Notes: a model not told the origin generated them from the sequence alone. DNA of 64,000 bases from Candidatus Methanomethylophilaceae archaeon (GCA_944320495.1 CALUHR010000013.1:290687-354686), one strand, 5' to 3'; positions 1-12,476 are shown, counted from the stretch's first letter. Translations and numbers: made by a program.

Positions 1-2
1 TC

Positions 3-2045
3 TCCCGCGACAAGTACCGCATCATGATCTCCTGCATCGCGGACAACTACCCGCAGAAGAAGAGCGTCAGGGTCGATTACGCGGACATCAACGCCGTGAG
101 CGTGGACTTCGCGATGTTCCTGCTCGACGAGCCCGACCGCTGCATCGAGATCGCCCGCAAGACCGTGATGTCCCTGGTCCCGAACATCAACCGCCCGGGC
201 GACATGATCAATGTCAGAATCTACAACCTGCCCAGGGACGCGAAGGTCGACATCCGCAACCTCCGCGCCGACCACCTCCGCAGACTGGTCGCGGTGGAGG
301 GTCTGGCGAGGAAGGTCACCACCGTCAGGCCGAGGATGACACACGCGCTGTTCAGATGCGCCAGGTGCGGCGCCGAGATCTGGGTCGAGCAGCCCGGCAT
401 GATGCTCAGAGAGCCCATGATGTGCACCAACCCGGACGGCGGATGCAACAAGCAGTCCACCCGCTTCATCATCGACGAGAAGGAATCTGTGTACATCGAC
501 ACCCAGAAGATCGAGATACAGGAGAGCCCCGAGGGTCTGCGCGGGGGAGCGCAGCCGGAGAGGATCACCGGGTATGTGGAGGATGACATCGCGGGCGAGG
601 TCACCGCCGGTAACAGGGTCACCCTGAACGGGATCCTGCGCTCCGCGGAGAAGTCCGAGAGGGACAAGTCCACGGTGTTCGACATCTACCTCGACGTGAT
701 CTCGGTGGAGTTCGAGCAGCACGAGTACGACGAGATCGTGATCACCGACGAGGACGAGAAGAAGATCCGGGAGATGTCCAGGGATCCCGACCTCTACGAC
801 AACATCGTCCGCTCCATCTCGCCGTCCATCTACGGTCTGGACTCGGTCAAGAAAGCCATCGCCCTGCAGCTCTTCGGAGGATGCCACAAGGAGATGGACG
901 ACGGGACCGTGATGAGAGGGGACATGCACATCCTGCTCATCGGGGACCCCGGAGTCGCGAAGTCGCAGCTGCTGAGGTACATGAGCTCACTCGCTCCGCG
1001 CGGAATCTACGCGTCGGGAAAGTCCGCGTCCGCGGCCGGTCTGACCGCCGCGGCGGTGAGGGACGACTTCGGCGACGGCAGGTGGACCCTCGAGGCAGGA
1101 GCGCTGGTCCTGGCGGACAAGGGCCTGGCATGCATCGACGAGCTGGACAAGATGACCGATCAGGACCGCTCCTCGCTGCACGAGGCCATGGAGTCCCAGA
1201 GGATCTCCGTGGCGAAGGCGGGGATCACCGCCACGCTGCAGTGCAGGTGCTCCATGCTGGCGGCGGCGAACCCCAAGTACGGGAGGTTCGAGGAGGACAC
1301 GCCCATCGCCGACCAGATCGACCTGCCCCCGGCGCTGATGTCCCGTTTCGATCTGATATTCGTACTCACCGACAAGCCGGACAAGAAGAAGGACACGGCC
1401 ATCACGGAGCACATCCTGAACGCCCACCAGCGCGGGCAGGTCAGGATGATGCACGAGGGGGAGTCCGTCCCCGGCATCAACGCGAAGAAGGTCCTGGAGG
1501 AGACCGACGCCATCCGTCCGGTGTACGAGCAGGAGATGCTCAGGAAGTACGTCGCCTACTCCAAGAGGATCACGCCCATCATGACTGAGGAGGCCAAGAA
1601 CATCATCGAGTCGAGCTTCCTAAGGATAAGGGGCATGGGCAGCGGCGGGAACTCGGTCCCGATCACCGCCAGGCAGCTGGAGGCCTTCGTCCGCCTGTCA
1701 GAGGCGTCGGCCAAGATGAGGCTCAGCCGTGTGGTGTCCGACGTGGACGCCAACCGCGCGGTGGACCTGGTGGAGGAGTACCTCAGGAGGATCGCGGGCA
1801 ACGACGAGGGCGGCTTCGACATCGACAAGATCGCATCCGGTATCAGCTCCAAGGACCGCAGCAAGATCGACGTGGTCCGCTCCATCTTCAGGGAGTTCGG
1901 TGCGGACGGCCTGAACATGGACGAGGCGATCCAGCACGGCCTGTCCAAGGGACTGCAGGAGACCGACGTCTCTAGGGCGGTCAAGCAGCTGCACGACGCG
2001 GGGGAGATTTTCAAGAGCCCGAACGGCACTTACAAGCTGGCGTGA
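3..2045 (+). CDS. mcm: MCM replicative helicase (5' end outside window)
   Basis: Zn finger CARC...CTNPDGGC, Walker A GDPGVAKSQ, CIDELDKM, SRFDLIF arginine finger; frame is open to the window edge. Confidence 0.97.
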   Translation, partial: SRDKYRIMISCIADNYPQKKSVRVDYADINAVSVDFAMFLLDEPDRCIEIARKTVMSLVPNINRPGDMINVRIYNLPRDAKVDIRNLRADHLRRLVAVEGLARKVTTVRPRMTHALFRCARCGAEIWVEQPGMMLREPMMCTNPDGGCNKQSTRFIIDEKESVYIDTQKIEIQESPEGLRGGAQPERITGYVEDDIAGEVTAGNRVTLNGILRSAEKSERDKSTVFDIYLDVISVEFEQHEYDEIVITDEDEKKIREMSRDPDLYDNIVRSISPSIYGLDSVKKAIALQLFGGCHKEMDDGTVMRGDMHILLIGDPGVAKSQLLRYMSSLAPRGIYASGKSASAAGLTAAAVRDDFGDGRWTLEAGALVLADKGLACIDELDKMTDQDRSSLHEAMESQRISVAKAGITATLQCRCSMLAAANPKYGRFEEDTPIADQIDLPPALMSRFDLIFVLTDKPDKKKDTAITEHILNAHQRGQVRMMHEGESVPGINAKKVLEETDAIRPVYEQEMLRKYVAYSKRITPIMTEEAKNIIESSFLRIRGMGSGGNSVPITARQLEAFVRLSEASAKMRLSRVVSDVDANRAVDLVEEYLRRIAGNDEGGFDIDKIASGISSKDRSKIDVVRSIFREFGADGLNMDEAIQHGLSKGLQETDVSRAVKQLHDAGEIFKSPNGTYKLA

Positions 2046-2338
2046 ACATGTTCGTTAGAGTCCACACACACGGAGAGGAGAGGATCGTCGCCGCATGCGA
2101 CGAGGACATCGTCGGCATGACGTTCGCCGGCGGGGGAGCGAAGATCACGGTCCACGAGGACTTCTACGTGGGCGAGTCGCTCCTGGAGGAGGCCTTCGTC
2201 GAGAGGCTCAGGATAGCCACGATCATCAACCTCACCGGCAACGGCGTCGTCGACATCGCCGTCCGCGAGGGGTTCGTCAGCCCCGAGGCGGTCATGGAGA
2301 TCGGCGGGGTCAAGCATGCACAGGCGGTGCTGATGTGA
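2042..2338 (+). CDS. DUF424 family protein
   Basis: IVAACDEDIVG and ATIINLTG motifs; GTGA overlap with the mcm stop. Confidence 0.8.
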   Translation: MNMFVRVHTHGEERIVAACDEDIVGMTFAGGGAKITVHEDFYVGESLLEEAFVERLRIATIINLTGNGVVDIAVREGFVSPEAVMEIGGVKHAQAVLM

Positions 2339-3363
2339 ACTTCTGCGTCAAGTGCGGCGAGGAGTGCGAGGAGTCCATCGACGGGCTCTGCATATCATGC
2401 TGGCTGGACGGCAGGAGGCTGGTCGACCTGCCGCACCACGTGGACCTCCACGTGTGCGCCAACTGCGGTGAGTACGACTTCGGCGGCAGGTGGGTCAGGA
2501 GGGACCCCATGGTCGCCATACAGGACGCGGCAGCCGATGCGGTCATGATCGTCAAGGGCGCCGACGTCACGTCCATATCGACGTCGGTCGAGGAGCAGGA
2601 CCCGCGCACCTTCGTGGTGACCGTCCACGCCGGCTGCGACGTCATGGGCTACCCGGCCGACGGCGAGGCGTCCACCATAGTCAGGGTCAAGAACACGGTG
2701 TGCAGGCGCTGCTCCAGACAGCTCGGTAGCTACTACGAGGCCATCCTGCAGATCCGCTCCGCCTCCGGGAAGCTGGAGGATGCCATGCGCGAGGAGGCGC
2801 TGGCCATGACCGAGAACTCCGTCGCCCGCCAGGCGGCCACCAACAGGCAGCTGTTCATCACCAAGATGGAGCTGGTCCCGGGCGGTGTGGACGTGTACCT
2901 CTCGTCGATATCCCTCGGGAAGGCCATAACCAAGGAGCTCGGCGACGCGTTCTGCGCCGAGACGAAGGAGTCCCCCAAGCTGGTCGGCCAGACCACCGAC
3001 GGCCAGGACATGTACCGCCTGACGTACCTCGTCCGCCTGCCCGACTTCAAGGTCGGCGACGTCGTCACCTTCCAGGGCGGATACTACCTCCTGTCGAGGC
3101 TCAACGGCACCGGCGGGAAGATCGTGAACCTCGCCGACTTCAGGGAGCGCTCGGTCCGCAGGTCGGACATGACGTCCGTCAAGCTCTACGAGAGGTCCGA
3201 GGACCTCCGCGAGGCGACCGTGGTGAGCACGTCCGGATCGGAGATCCAGGTGCTGGACCCGTCGAACTACTCGACCGTGGACCTCAGGGTTCCCGAGGGC
3301 GTCGAGATAGGCGATTCCGTCCGTGTCGTGAGCATCGACGACGTCCTCTACATGGTCCCCTGA
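2335..3363 (+). CDS. NMD3-family ribosome maturation protein
   Basis: GTG start overlaps the upstream TGA; CVKCG, CISC, CANCG, CRRC zinc knuckles; YYEAILQIR motif. Confidence 0.9.
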   Translation: MNFCVKCGEECEESIDGLCISCWLDGRRLVDLPHHVDLHVCANCGEYDFGGRWVRRDPMVAIQDAAADAVMIVKGADVTSISTSVEEQDPRTFVVTVHAGCDVMGYPADGEASTIVRVKNTVCRRCSRQLGSYYEAILQIRSASGKLEDAMREEALAMTENSVARQAATNRQLFITKMELVPGGVDVYLSSISLGKAITKELGDAFCAETKESPKLVGQTTDGQDMYRLTYLVRLPDFKVGDVVTFQGGYYLLSRLNGTGGKIVNLADFRERSVRRSDMTSVKLYERSEDLREATVVSTSGSEIQVLDPSNYSTVDLRVPEGVEIGDSVRVVSIDDVLYMVP

Positions 3364-3402
3364 ATCGACTGTTCCAAATACGGTCGGGCCGTTAGCCCGG
3401 CC

Positions 3403-4272
3403 ATGATAAAGCTTCCCGAGCCGGTGGACCAGGTCGTAGTCAACCTTCTCCGTCTGGCCAACACCAAGATCCCTGAGGACATCGGCTGGGCGCTGGAGGC
3501 GGCCGGCATGTGGGAGAACAACCCCGTCGCCTACACCCAGATCGGCGCCATCATGGACAACCTGAAGAAGGCCGAGCACATGGGAAGGCCGATGTGCCAG
3601 GACACCGGCATACCCGTCTTCTACGTCTGCGGGAGGTTCGACTCCTCCATCGCGGCCCAGATCGCCAAGGGCGTCGAGCGCGCCACCGCGGAGATCCCGC
3701 TCAGGCCGAACACCGTCGACCCCCTCACGAGGGAGAACCACGGCTCCAACCTGGGTCCAGGCATGCCGATCATCCACTACATCCCCGAGGAGGGGGACTT
3801 CACGGAGATCACCGTCCTGCCCAAGGGCGCCGGCTCCGAGAACATGACCCGCCTGGGCATGCTGAACCCCTCCGACGGCGTTCAGGGCGTGGAGGACTTC
3901 ATAGTCGACGCCGTCCTGGACGCGGGCGGACGCCCCTGCCCCCCGACCGTAATCGGCGTGGGCATCGGCGGCATGTCCGACACCTGCGCCGAGATGGCGA
4001 AGATGGCGCTGGCCTGCCCGCTCGACGTGGAGAACCCCGACAAGACCCTCCGCGAGATGGAGGAGCGCATATTCGTGAGGCTCAACAAGTCCGGCCTCGG
4101 GCCCATGGGGCTCGGGGGCGCGACAACCTGCCTCGGCGTGAGGATCAAGAAGGCGGCCTGCCACACGGCCAGCCTCCCCGTGGCCGTCAGCATCGGATGC
4201 TGGGCCACCAGGCGCGCGTCCGCAAGGATAACGGATCACGGAGTGGAGTATGCCCAGGGGGCGGTCCTGTGA
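3403..4272 (+). CDS. Fe-S hydro-lyase (fumarate hydratase/tartrate dehydratase) alpha subunit
   Basis: PMCQDTG, PKGAGSEN, GGRPCPP and VSIGCWATR motifs. Confidence 0.92.
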   Translation: MIKLPEPVDQVVVNLLRLANTKIPEDIGWALEAAGMWENNPVAYTQIGAIMDNLKKAEHMGRPMCQDTGIPVFYVCGRFDSSIAAQIAKGVERATAEIPLRPNTVDPLTRENHGSNLGPGMPIIHYIPEEGDFTEITVLPKGAGSENMTRLGMLNPSDGVQGVEDFIVDAVLDAGGRPCPPTVIGVGIGGMSDTCAEMAKMALACPLDVENPDKTLREMEERIFVRLNKSGLGPMGLGGATTCLGVRIKKAACHTASLPVAVSIGCWATRRASARITDHGVEYAQGAVL

Positions 4273-4835
4273 CCAACCTCGTCACGCCGCTCACCGAGGA
4301 GACCGTCAGGTCCCTCAGGCTCGGGGACACCGTGTTCGTGAACGGGCCCATCGTCACCGGCAGGGACGAGGCGCACATCAGGGCGCTGGGGCTGAGGGCC
4401 GAGGGGAAGGAGACCCCTCCGCAGCTGGACGGATGCGTCCTCTACCACTGCGGGCCGATCATGAGGCAGACCGAGGACGGATGGCAGGTCGTGGCGGCCG
4501 GGCCCACCACCTCCGCCAGGATGAACCGCCTCGAGCCCGAGATGATCCGCGAGTTCGGCATCAGGGCGATCATCGGGAAGGGCGGCATGTCGGCAGAGGT
4601 CGCGGAGGCCATGCGCGAGTGCGGGTGCGTCTATCTCGCGGCCACCGGCGGTGCCGCGGTGTCCCTCGCCGAGGGTCTGGGCGCCTGCACGGGCGTGGAA
4701 TGGCTGGATCTCGGGATGGCCGAGGCACTCTGGAGCTTCCGCGCGGACCGTCTCGGGCCTCTGATCGTCGCGATGGACGCCGAGGGCAACAGCCTCTACG
4801 AGCAGGTCCGCGGCTCCCTGGTCAGGGACGCTCGA
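4269..4835 (+). CDS. Fe-S hydro-lyase (fumarate hydratase) beta subunit
   Basis: TGRDEAH, YHCGPI, GPTTSARM, IGKGGM motifs; first in-frame CGA at 4833-4835 (standard-code end 4862). Confidence 0.9.
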
Positions 4836-5751
4836 TCTCGTCCTCTTCCTCGTACTGGCTGATGTCGTCCACGACCACGATGCCCGAGTCGGGCATCCTG
4901 GACTTGCGGATCAGGAGCAGCACGGCGAGCAGGACGGCCCCGGTGAGGACCATGCCCAGCGCCAGCATGGCGTGGGGCATGTCCAGCCCTCCGAGGAAGT
5001 CTATGCCGAAGTCGTTGGGGGAGATCTCGAGCCTCACCGGTGTCCCATCGGACGTGCTGGCGGTAATCTCCTCCGATGACGAGAACCCGTTGCAGGATGC
5101 CGTGAGGACGTAGCTGCCGTAGGGGAGTTTAATCTCGAAGTACCCCTCCGCGTCCGTCGTGGCGGTGTACTGCCTGCCCTCGGGGGTATGCGCGATGACG
5201 GTGGCCCCCTCGATGCCCCTGCCGGTCTCCGAGGACCTGACGGTGCCGTAGACGGTGCCCTCGGTCAGGGCCATCGCGACGGGGTTGGCCGAGGACCCGT
5301 CCCCGGTCAGGGCGTACTTGCCCTCTTCGTCGGGATTGACGCCAGAGATGTCGAAGGACACGATGTTCTTGTCCGAACTGCCTTCCACGGTGGCCATCGT
5401 CCCGGGCAGCGTCCTGACCATGTATCCAGTGAGTTCGAAGTGGATGTACGCCGCGCCCGAATCGGCGGCGTAGGTGAACTCGAACCTCCCGGAGTCGTCG
5501 GTGTGGGTGGAGGCGAGGACCCCCATGTCGGCGTCCAGGAGCTCGACCAGCACATCGGCCAGGGGCACGTTCTTCTCCTGGCCCGAGATGTTCGAGACGT
5601 AGCCGTAGATGGTGTACTCGGTCGGGGGCTCCGGTCCGGGGTCCTCCCCGCCCTCGTCGGCGCCTATGTCCGATCCAGCGGCGGACACCGGCTGGACCAG
5701 CAGGGCGATTGCCAGAATCGCGGCGATCACCAGAATGACATCGCGCCTCAT
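4822..5751 (-). CDS. Membrane-anchored surface protein with two carboxypeptidase-regulatory-like (prealbumin-fold) domains
   Basis: N-terminal signal peptide, two T(T)D..G.F repeats, C-terminal TM helix and acidic tail. Confidence 0.7.
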   Translation of the reverse strand: MRRDVILVIAAILAIALLVQPVSAAGSDIGADEGGEDPGPEPPTEYTIYGYVSNISGQEKNVPLADVLVELLDADMGVLASTHTDDSGRFEFTYAADSGAAYIHFELTGYMVRTLPGTMATVEGSSDKNIVSFDISGVNPDEEGKYALTGDGSSANPVAMALTEGTVYGTVRSSETGRGIEGATVIAHTPEGRQYTATTDAEGYFEIKLPYGSYVLTASCNGFSSSEEITASTSDGTPVRLEISPNDFGIDFLGGLDMPHAMLALGMVLTGAVLLAVLLLIRKSRMPDSGIVVVDDISQYEEEDEIERP

Positions 5752-5871
5752 GGACCTTGAACCGTCGGCCTTCTTTTTAATCTATCCCGTTGCCGGCGCG
5801 GCATCCGCGGGTGCTCGGAACACCGTTTGCAAAGACTTTTTACCAGGGGACTGTTGGGGTTTCCGATTCAG

Positions 5872-8800
5872 ATGATCGAGCGGGTGGACAGGACATACAC
5901 CAAGGAAGAGGTAATGTCGCTCATGGAGCCACTCATCTCCACGTGGTTCGATGAGAGGTTCGGGGATCTCACCATCCCCCAGGCGAAGGCCATCCCCGTC
6001 ATCCACCAGAGGCGCAGCGTGCTCGTATCCTCCCCGACGGGATCGGGCAAGACCCTCACCGCGTTCACCAGCATCATCAATGAGCTCACCCGCTACGCGA
6101 GGGAGGGCACCCTCGAGGAGAGGGTCTACTGCATCTACGTCTCGCCGCTCAAGGCCCTGGCCAACGACGTCAACCGCAACCTGAACGAGCCTCTCGCACA
6201 GATGCGCGAGCTCGCCGCCGAGCGCGGGATGAACGTCCCGGACATACGCGTCGCCGTCCGTTCAGGGGACACGCCCCAGAACGAGAGGCAGAGGATGGTC
6301 CGCCATCCGCCGCACATCCTCATCACCACCCCGGAGAGCCTGGCGCTGATCCTCTCCGCGCCCAAGTTCAGCGAGGCGTTCAAGAGCGTCGAGTGGGTGA
6401 TCCTCGACGAGATCCACGACATCTGCGACTCCAAGAGGGGGGCCTTTCTGTCCCTCACGCTGGAGAGGCTGAGGGAGCACTGCGACAGGGACTTCGTGAG
6501 GATCGGGCTCTCCGCGACCCTGGCCCCCATAGAGTCGATAGCGGCGTACCTGGTCGGGTGCAACCCCGACGGCACGCCCCGCGACGTCGCCCTCATCGAG
6601 TCCGGCTCGAAGAAGCAGCTCGATCTGAAGGTGATCTGCCCCGCGGCAGACATGACCGCGCTGCCCTCGGACATCGTCAACTCGATGATGTACGACATGC
6701 TGAAGGAGCTGATCGACGAGCACGACACGACGCTCGTCTTCACCAACACCCGCTCCGGGGCGGAGAGCGTCGTCTACAAGCTCAAGGAGCGCGGCCTGGA
6801 GAGCGTCGAGGTGCACCACAGCTCCCTCGGCAAGGAGATCAGGCTCGACGTGGAGGAGAGGCTCAAGCACGGTCAGATCAAGTGCGTGGTGTCCTCCACG
6901 TCGCTGGAGCTGGGCATAGACATCGGGTCCGTGGACCTGGTGTGCCAGATCGGCTCCCCGAAGTCGGTCGCCAAAGGGCTCCAGAGGATAGGCAGGAGCG
7001 GGCACAGCTTCGGCAAGGTGGCCAAGGGCCGCCTGCTGGTGTTCGACCCGGACGACCTCGTGGAGTGCGCGGTCATGTGCCGCGCCGCCCACCGCGGGGA
7101 CATAGACCGCGTGGGGATCCCGGAGAACTGCCTGGACGTCCTCTCCCAGACGCTGGTGGGCATGAGCCTGGACCGCAAGTGGGACGTCCGCGAGGCGTAC
7201 GACCTCGTGAGGGGGTCCTACTGCTACCGCACGCTCACCGAGCAGAGCTTCACCGAGGTGCTCCGCTACCTGGGCAGCAAGGACGACTTCGAGGGCGTCT
7301 ACTCCAAGATATGGTACGACCCGGAGGACGGCCAGTTCGGCAAGAAGAAGGGCTCCAGGATGATCTACTTCATGAACCTGGGCACGATCCCCGAGGAGGC
7401 CAACTACCGGGTGGTGACCAACCACGGCTCCACCGTCGGCGAGCTCTCCGAGAAGTTCGTGGAGAGGCTCTCGCCGAGGGACGTATTCGTCCTCGGGGGG
7501 CGCTCGTTCGAGTTCGTCCGCTCCAAGGGCATGACCGCCTACGTCAAGGAGGCCAGCGGGAGGAAGCCCACCGTGCCCTCCTGGGCCGGCGAGATGCTTC
7601 CCCGCAGCTTCGACCTGTCCATGGACATAGCCAGGTTCCGCGGGGAGATGGAGTCCGTCATCGGCATGGACGACCGCGAGGCGGTCGCCGGCATCTCCAG
7701 GGACTTCGACGTGGACGAGGGCTCCGCCAGGAGCATCCTCTCGTACTTCAGGGAGCAGCAGGCCGTCGCGGGCTTCATCCCGGACGCATCCAGGCTCGCC
7801 GTGGAGGAGTACATCGACCCGTCCGGCAACCAGAAGCTGGTGTTCCACTTCCCGTTCGGGCGCAGGGTCAACGATGCCCTGTCCCGCGCCTACGCCTACA
7901 GGCTGACCACGGCCATCGGGGCGAACGTCTCCGTGACGATCTCGGACGACAGCTTCATGCTGGGTCTCCCGAGGAAGGTGGACCCGGCCACCGTCCCCGG
8001 CATGATACGCTCCGCGGAGCTGGAGCCCGTGCTGAGGAAGGCCATCCGCGACTCCGAGCTCTTCAAGCTCAGGTTCAGGCACACCGCCTCCCGGAGCTTC
8101 ATGGTCCTGCGGAACTACATGGGCCGCCCGATATCGGTCAACAGGCAGCAGGTCCGCTCTTCCTATCTGCTGGAGGCGATGGGCGACATGGAGAACGTGC
8201 CCGTTATCGAGGAGACCTACCGCGAGGTACTGGAGGACGACATGGACATCAAGAGCGCCCGCCAGGTGCTGGAGATGATCGAGTCCGGGGAGATGTCCGT
8301 GTCCACGATCAGATACACAGGCACCCCGTCCCCGTTCGCCCACTCCGCGATCCTGTCCGGGTTCTCGGACATCGTCCTCATGGAGGACCGCTCCGCACTG
8401 CTCAGGGAGCTCCACCGGAAGGTCCTGTACCGTGCGCTGGGCGACACCGTGGGCGAGTTCGAGTTCACAGAGGACCAGATAGTCCCGTATTTCGCGCAGA
8501 AGCCCCCGAGGGCCGCGTGCAGGGAGGACATCCCGAAGCTGCTGGCCGTCACCGGTCCGCTGCAGGCCCTGAGGCAGAGGGGCAGGAACGTGTACGCATA
8601 CACGGACGCCGACAAGGCGACGGTGGACGGCTGGATACGCGACCTCATCAACGACGGCACCCTCGGGACCGTGTACCTCGACGAGACCCACGTCATGCTG
8701 GCGTCGGAGATCCCGTACTACGCGGCGGCCACGAGGAAGGACAGGACCCTGAACGAGACGGACAGGGACGTGCTGTCCCGCATCGGGGACCGCACCCCGC

Positions 8801-11250
8801 TCTCCGAGGTCGCGTCCGAGCTGGAGATCAGCGATGACAAGGCCTACCGCTCGTCCAGGAAGCTCGAGTCCATGTACCTGGTCGCCAGGACCGAGATAAC
8901 CGGGAACAACCGCTGGCTCTACTCCCGTGCCGAGTATCCGGAGACGGACCGCTCCGCGGCGATAGACCGCATAGTGCTCCGCTACCTGGAGTGCTTCGCC
9001 CCCGCCACCGTGCAGGAGGTCGCCTACGCGCTCTCGCTGGAGGATTCGGAGGCGAGGAGCTCCCTCGAGTCGCTGTGCGCCGAGGAGGAGGTCGTCAAGG
9101 GACGCTTCCTGATCTCCGAGAGCGACCAGTACATGCTGAAGATAGACCACATGCGCCTGAGGGCCGGCAAGGACAACGTGTTCGACTACGAGTCCGTGGA
9201 GCGCCACCGCCTGACCAAGGGCGAGAGGTTCGGGTCCATCCGCGAGTACTTCGAGTTCTACGGCTCCGCCGGCAGCGAGCTGGACGTGTACCAGAGGGTG
9301 GACGGATTCAGCCTCGCAGAGTGGCAGGGCATGCGCAGGTCCGGGGAGATCCTCCTCGGCAGGTTCGTCAGGGGCAGGGTCAGATTCGTCCTCCGCGAGG
9401 ACGCGGACAGGTTCGCGGCGTTCCGCCACGACGAGACCCAGCCCGGGGACGAGAGGGTGACCGAGGCGATAGGGAGGCTCGGACGTGCGACGTTCAGACA
9501 GCTCATCGCGGCCACCGGCATGGAGAAGGACGCCCTCAAGGAGGCGGTGCTCAGGGTGGACCGCTCGCTCAAGGTCATCCGCGACTTCGACGACAGGGAG
9601 GACTGGGGTACCGAGAACACCTACGCCCTGTACGAGCCCGGGGTTCCGGAGGGGGACCCGGCGCTGGACCTGACCGAGAGGGCGATACGCGCCTACGGCC
9701 CGGTGCCGTCCGGGTCCATGAGGTTCATAACGGGGCTGTCCGCGGAGGAGACCGAGGCGGCCGCCGCCAGGATAGGCGCGGAGACCATCCTGGTGGGCGA
9801 GGGCCAGAGTCCGATGCTCGTGATGCATGACGAGGTCCAGCTCCTGGAGCGCGTGCCCGAGCAGGAGTTCCCGGTCAGGGTGCTGTCGCTCTCCGATCCC
9901 GACATCGGGTCCAAATGGGCCGAGATAACGTCCCGCTACGGGGACAGGCTGGTCTACCCTCTGGCCAGGGGCGACACCGTCGTCGGCGCCCTGGAGATGT
10001 GGGAGATGGCGGGGGTCATAGACATCCGCGGCATGGACATGGACTCGCCGGGGATGCTCCCGGAGGTCCTCGAGGCGGTGGACGTCATCATGGGGTTCTA
10101 CAGGCAGAAGGGCATGGAGATCGTGCGCATCCGCGAGGTCCTCGGCAAGGACGCCGCCGATCTCGACGAGGGGACGGTCGCCGTCCTCGTCTCCCACGGA
10201 TACCACGAGGTCAACGGATTCTACGCCAAGGGAAGGTTCTCCCCGTGGACCGTGCCCGGGGAGCTCCTCACGGCCCTGGCCATCAGGAGGCAGGGCGTCC
10301 CGCGCATGGACCGCCTTCCCGATGCGGCCGCGCTCCTCGAGGCTCGCGGGTACATCCGCGGGGACCAGGAGCTGCCGATCCGCGTGAGGGACCAGTCCAG
10401 CCTGAAGAAGCAGCTAGAGGGCACGGGGGCGGTGAAGACCGCGCTCCTCCCGTCGTACATGGGCTACGCCAGCCCCGCGGAGGCGTCGCTCTACCGCGCG
10501 GCCAAGTCGATCAAGCTCAGCGAGCCGGCGAAGACCGTGCTCGGCATCATACGCAAGTCCGGGGCGGCGTCGAAGAAGAGGCTTGTCATGGACTCCCCCT
10601 ACTCGGACGACCTGACCTCCGACGCCATATCGGAGCTGGTCCGCGGGACCGTCATCGGCCAGGGCGCCGATTCAATGTACGTCGAGATACCGGATTCCGG
10701 CATGGGCCGCCACGAGGCCCTCATGGAAGTAGCCCGCAGGCACTTCGCCGGTTTCGGTTCGTTCTCCGCGGACATCATTTCCGGGTTCCTCGAGTGCAGG
10801 ATGCCCGAGACGCGCGCGGTGCTCGCAGACCTCGAGGACGAGGGGTTCCTCCAGAAGGGGTTCTTCGCCGAGGGCGACCCGACCCTCAGGTGGATGAGGT
10901 CCGAGGACGTCGGCAGGGAGCCCCGCGGGTTCGCCGAGGCTTTTGTCCTTAACACCCAGGACAACCTGAGCCTTTACCTCCGCGAGATGATCAAGGGCCA
11001 CTGCGAGTCGGCCAGGTCCGTGGTGATGCAGGGTCCGGCCATCATCGGCTCGTTCAAGGGCAAGATTTGCCCCTCCGGCGCGAAGGTGGAGGAGTTCGAG
11101 GGCAACGACCGCGCATCCAGGGTGATCAAGGAGACAGCCCAGGCCTGCGGCGTCAGGCTGGAGACCCAGAGGCAGCGCGAGGACGACGACTGGGACGTGT
11201 CGGAGTTCTACACGAAGCTGAACCTGGGGTCGAGGCTGGACCGCCACCGA
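5872..11250 (+). CDS. lhr: Long-form Lhr-family SF2 helicase (about 1790 aa)
   Basis: SSPTGSGKT, DEIH, GLSAT, HHSSL, QRIGRSGH motifs plus a long C-terminal extension; the only CGA is at 11248-11250 (standard-code end 11262). Confidence 0.9.
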
Positions 11251-11302
11251 GGGCGCAGTTAACGGCCTTAACTCTTTATAGGCCGACGGGGATTATCCGC
11301 CG

Positions 11303-11686
11303 ATGAAGATACCGTGCGAGATCGTCGTCTGGCAGGTCCTGCCGCTCATCCGCAGGGAGCTCGCCAAGGAGCTGGTCCAGGTCCACAGGCTCTCCCAGGC
11401 CGAGGTCGCCAGGAGGTTCGGCGTGACCGATGCGGCCGTCTCGCAGTATCTGACCAAGAAGCGCGGCGGCGAGTACTCGGACAGTCCCAGCTATCCCGAC
11501 TTCATCAAGGCGGTCTCCGATTCCGCGGCCGCGATCGCCAACGGCGCCGAGGTCTCCGAGGAGGTCTGCAGACTGTGCATCGTCGTCAAGCGCTGCGGCC
11601 TGCTGTCGGAGATCTACCACGAGCAGACCGGCGCGTATCCCCCGAAGTGCGCGGGCGCGTACGTCAGGGAGTCCGTCGACTCGCGA
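11303..11686 (+). CDS. HTH transcriptional regulator with Cys-containing C-terminus
   Basis: PCE..V..VLPLIRRELA, SQAEVARRFGVTDAAVSQY HTH; ends CGA-TGA (standard-code end 11689). Confidence 0.8.
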
Positions 11687-12476
11687 TGAACTTGCTGTGA
11701 TAGAGGAACTCCTGAGCGTATCCAGCATAGCGTCCGAACCTCTCGCGTCCGAAGGCGGACACCTTCGCATAGGAGCCGGACACGCCGTACATCTCCTCCA
11801 CAACCTTCTGGATCCTCACGTCGACGGGGAACGCCTCCAGATGCCCGTACCCGAATATGGCTACACAGTCCGCCACCTTGGGGCCCACGCCCTTAATCCC
11901 GATGAGCTCGCGGACGCATCCCTCGTAGTCCAGTTCCGAGATGGCCACGGGGTCGATCTCGCCGTCCTCGACGCGCCGTGCCAGCTCTATGAACCTGCCC
12001 TCCCTGAACCCGAGCCTGCAGGACGGTATCCGCTCCGCGTTGTCCAGGATGTCCTTCGGCGAGGGGAAGGCGTGCCTTCCGCCGAGGTCCCTGCCGCATG
12101 CGTCACAGACCGATTCCACCATCTTGCCGATCCTCGCGACGTTGGCGTTCGTCGCCAGCAGGTACGTGGCGAGACACTCCCACTCGTCCTGCTTCAGGAT
12201 GCGGAGCCCAGGGCAGTGCTCCGACAGGGATGCCACGTATGGGTCCCTCTCGGAGATCTCGCGGACGATGGCGTCTAGGTCGTCCTCGGAGCGGAAGTAG
12301 CGCATCAGGCGCCCCATGTCGGAGCATCCCTCGACCTCCGCTCCGTAGTCGGTCTGCCTCATGCGGACGATGTCGTTGTCGATCACACCCTCCCACCATT
12401 CGCCGGTCCTCCTCCAGCGGTGGGCCTGACCGCATCCGAGGGTCGGGTCCAGCGAGACGTCCATCTCCATCCTCAT
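11676..12476 (-). CDS. ogg: 8-oxoguanine DNA glycosylase (Ogg1/AlkA HhH-GPD family)
   Basis: TLGCGQAHRW, IKGVGPKVADC, FPVDV, YAGYAQEFLY; CGA at 11676-11678 (standard-code end 11664). Confidence 0.9.

Noticed and set aside
6262-10206. 1314-aa antisense ORF and similar long shadow ORFs (18994-21540, 51171-54227, 35350-37431)
   Set aside because: They mirror real genes in high-GC DNA, with low-complexity composition and no family motifs.
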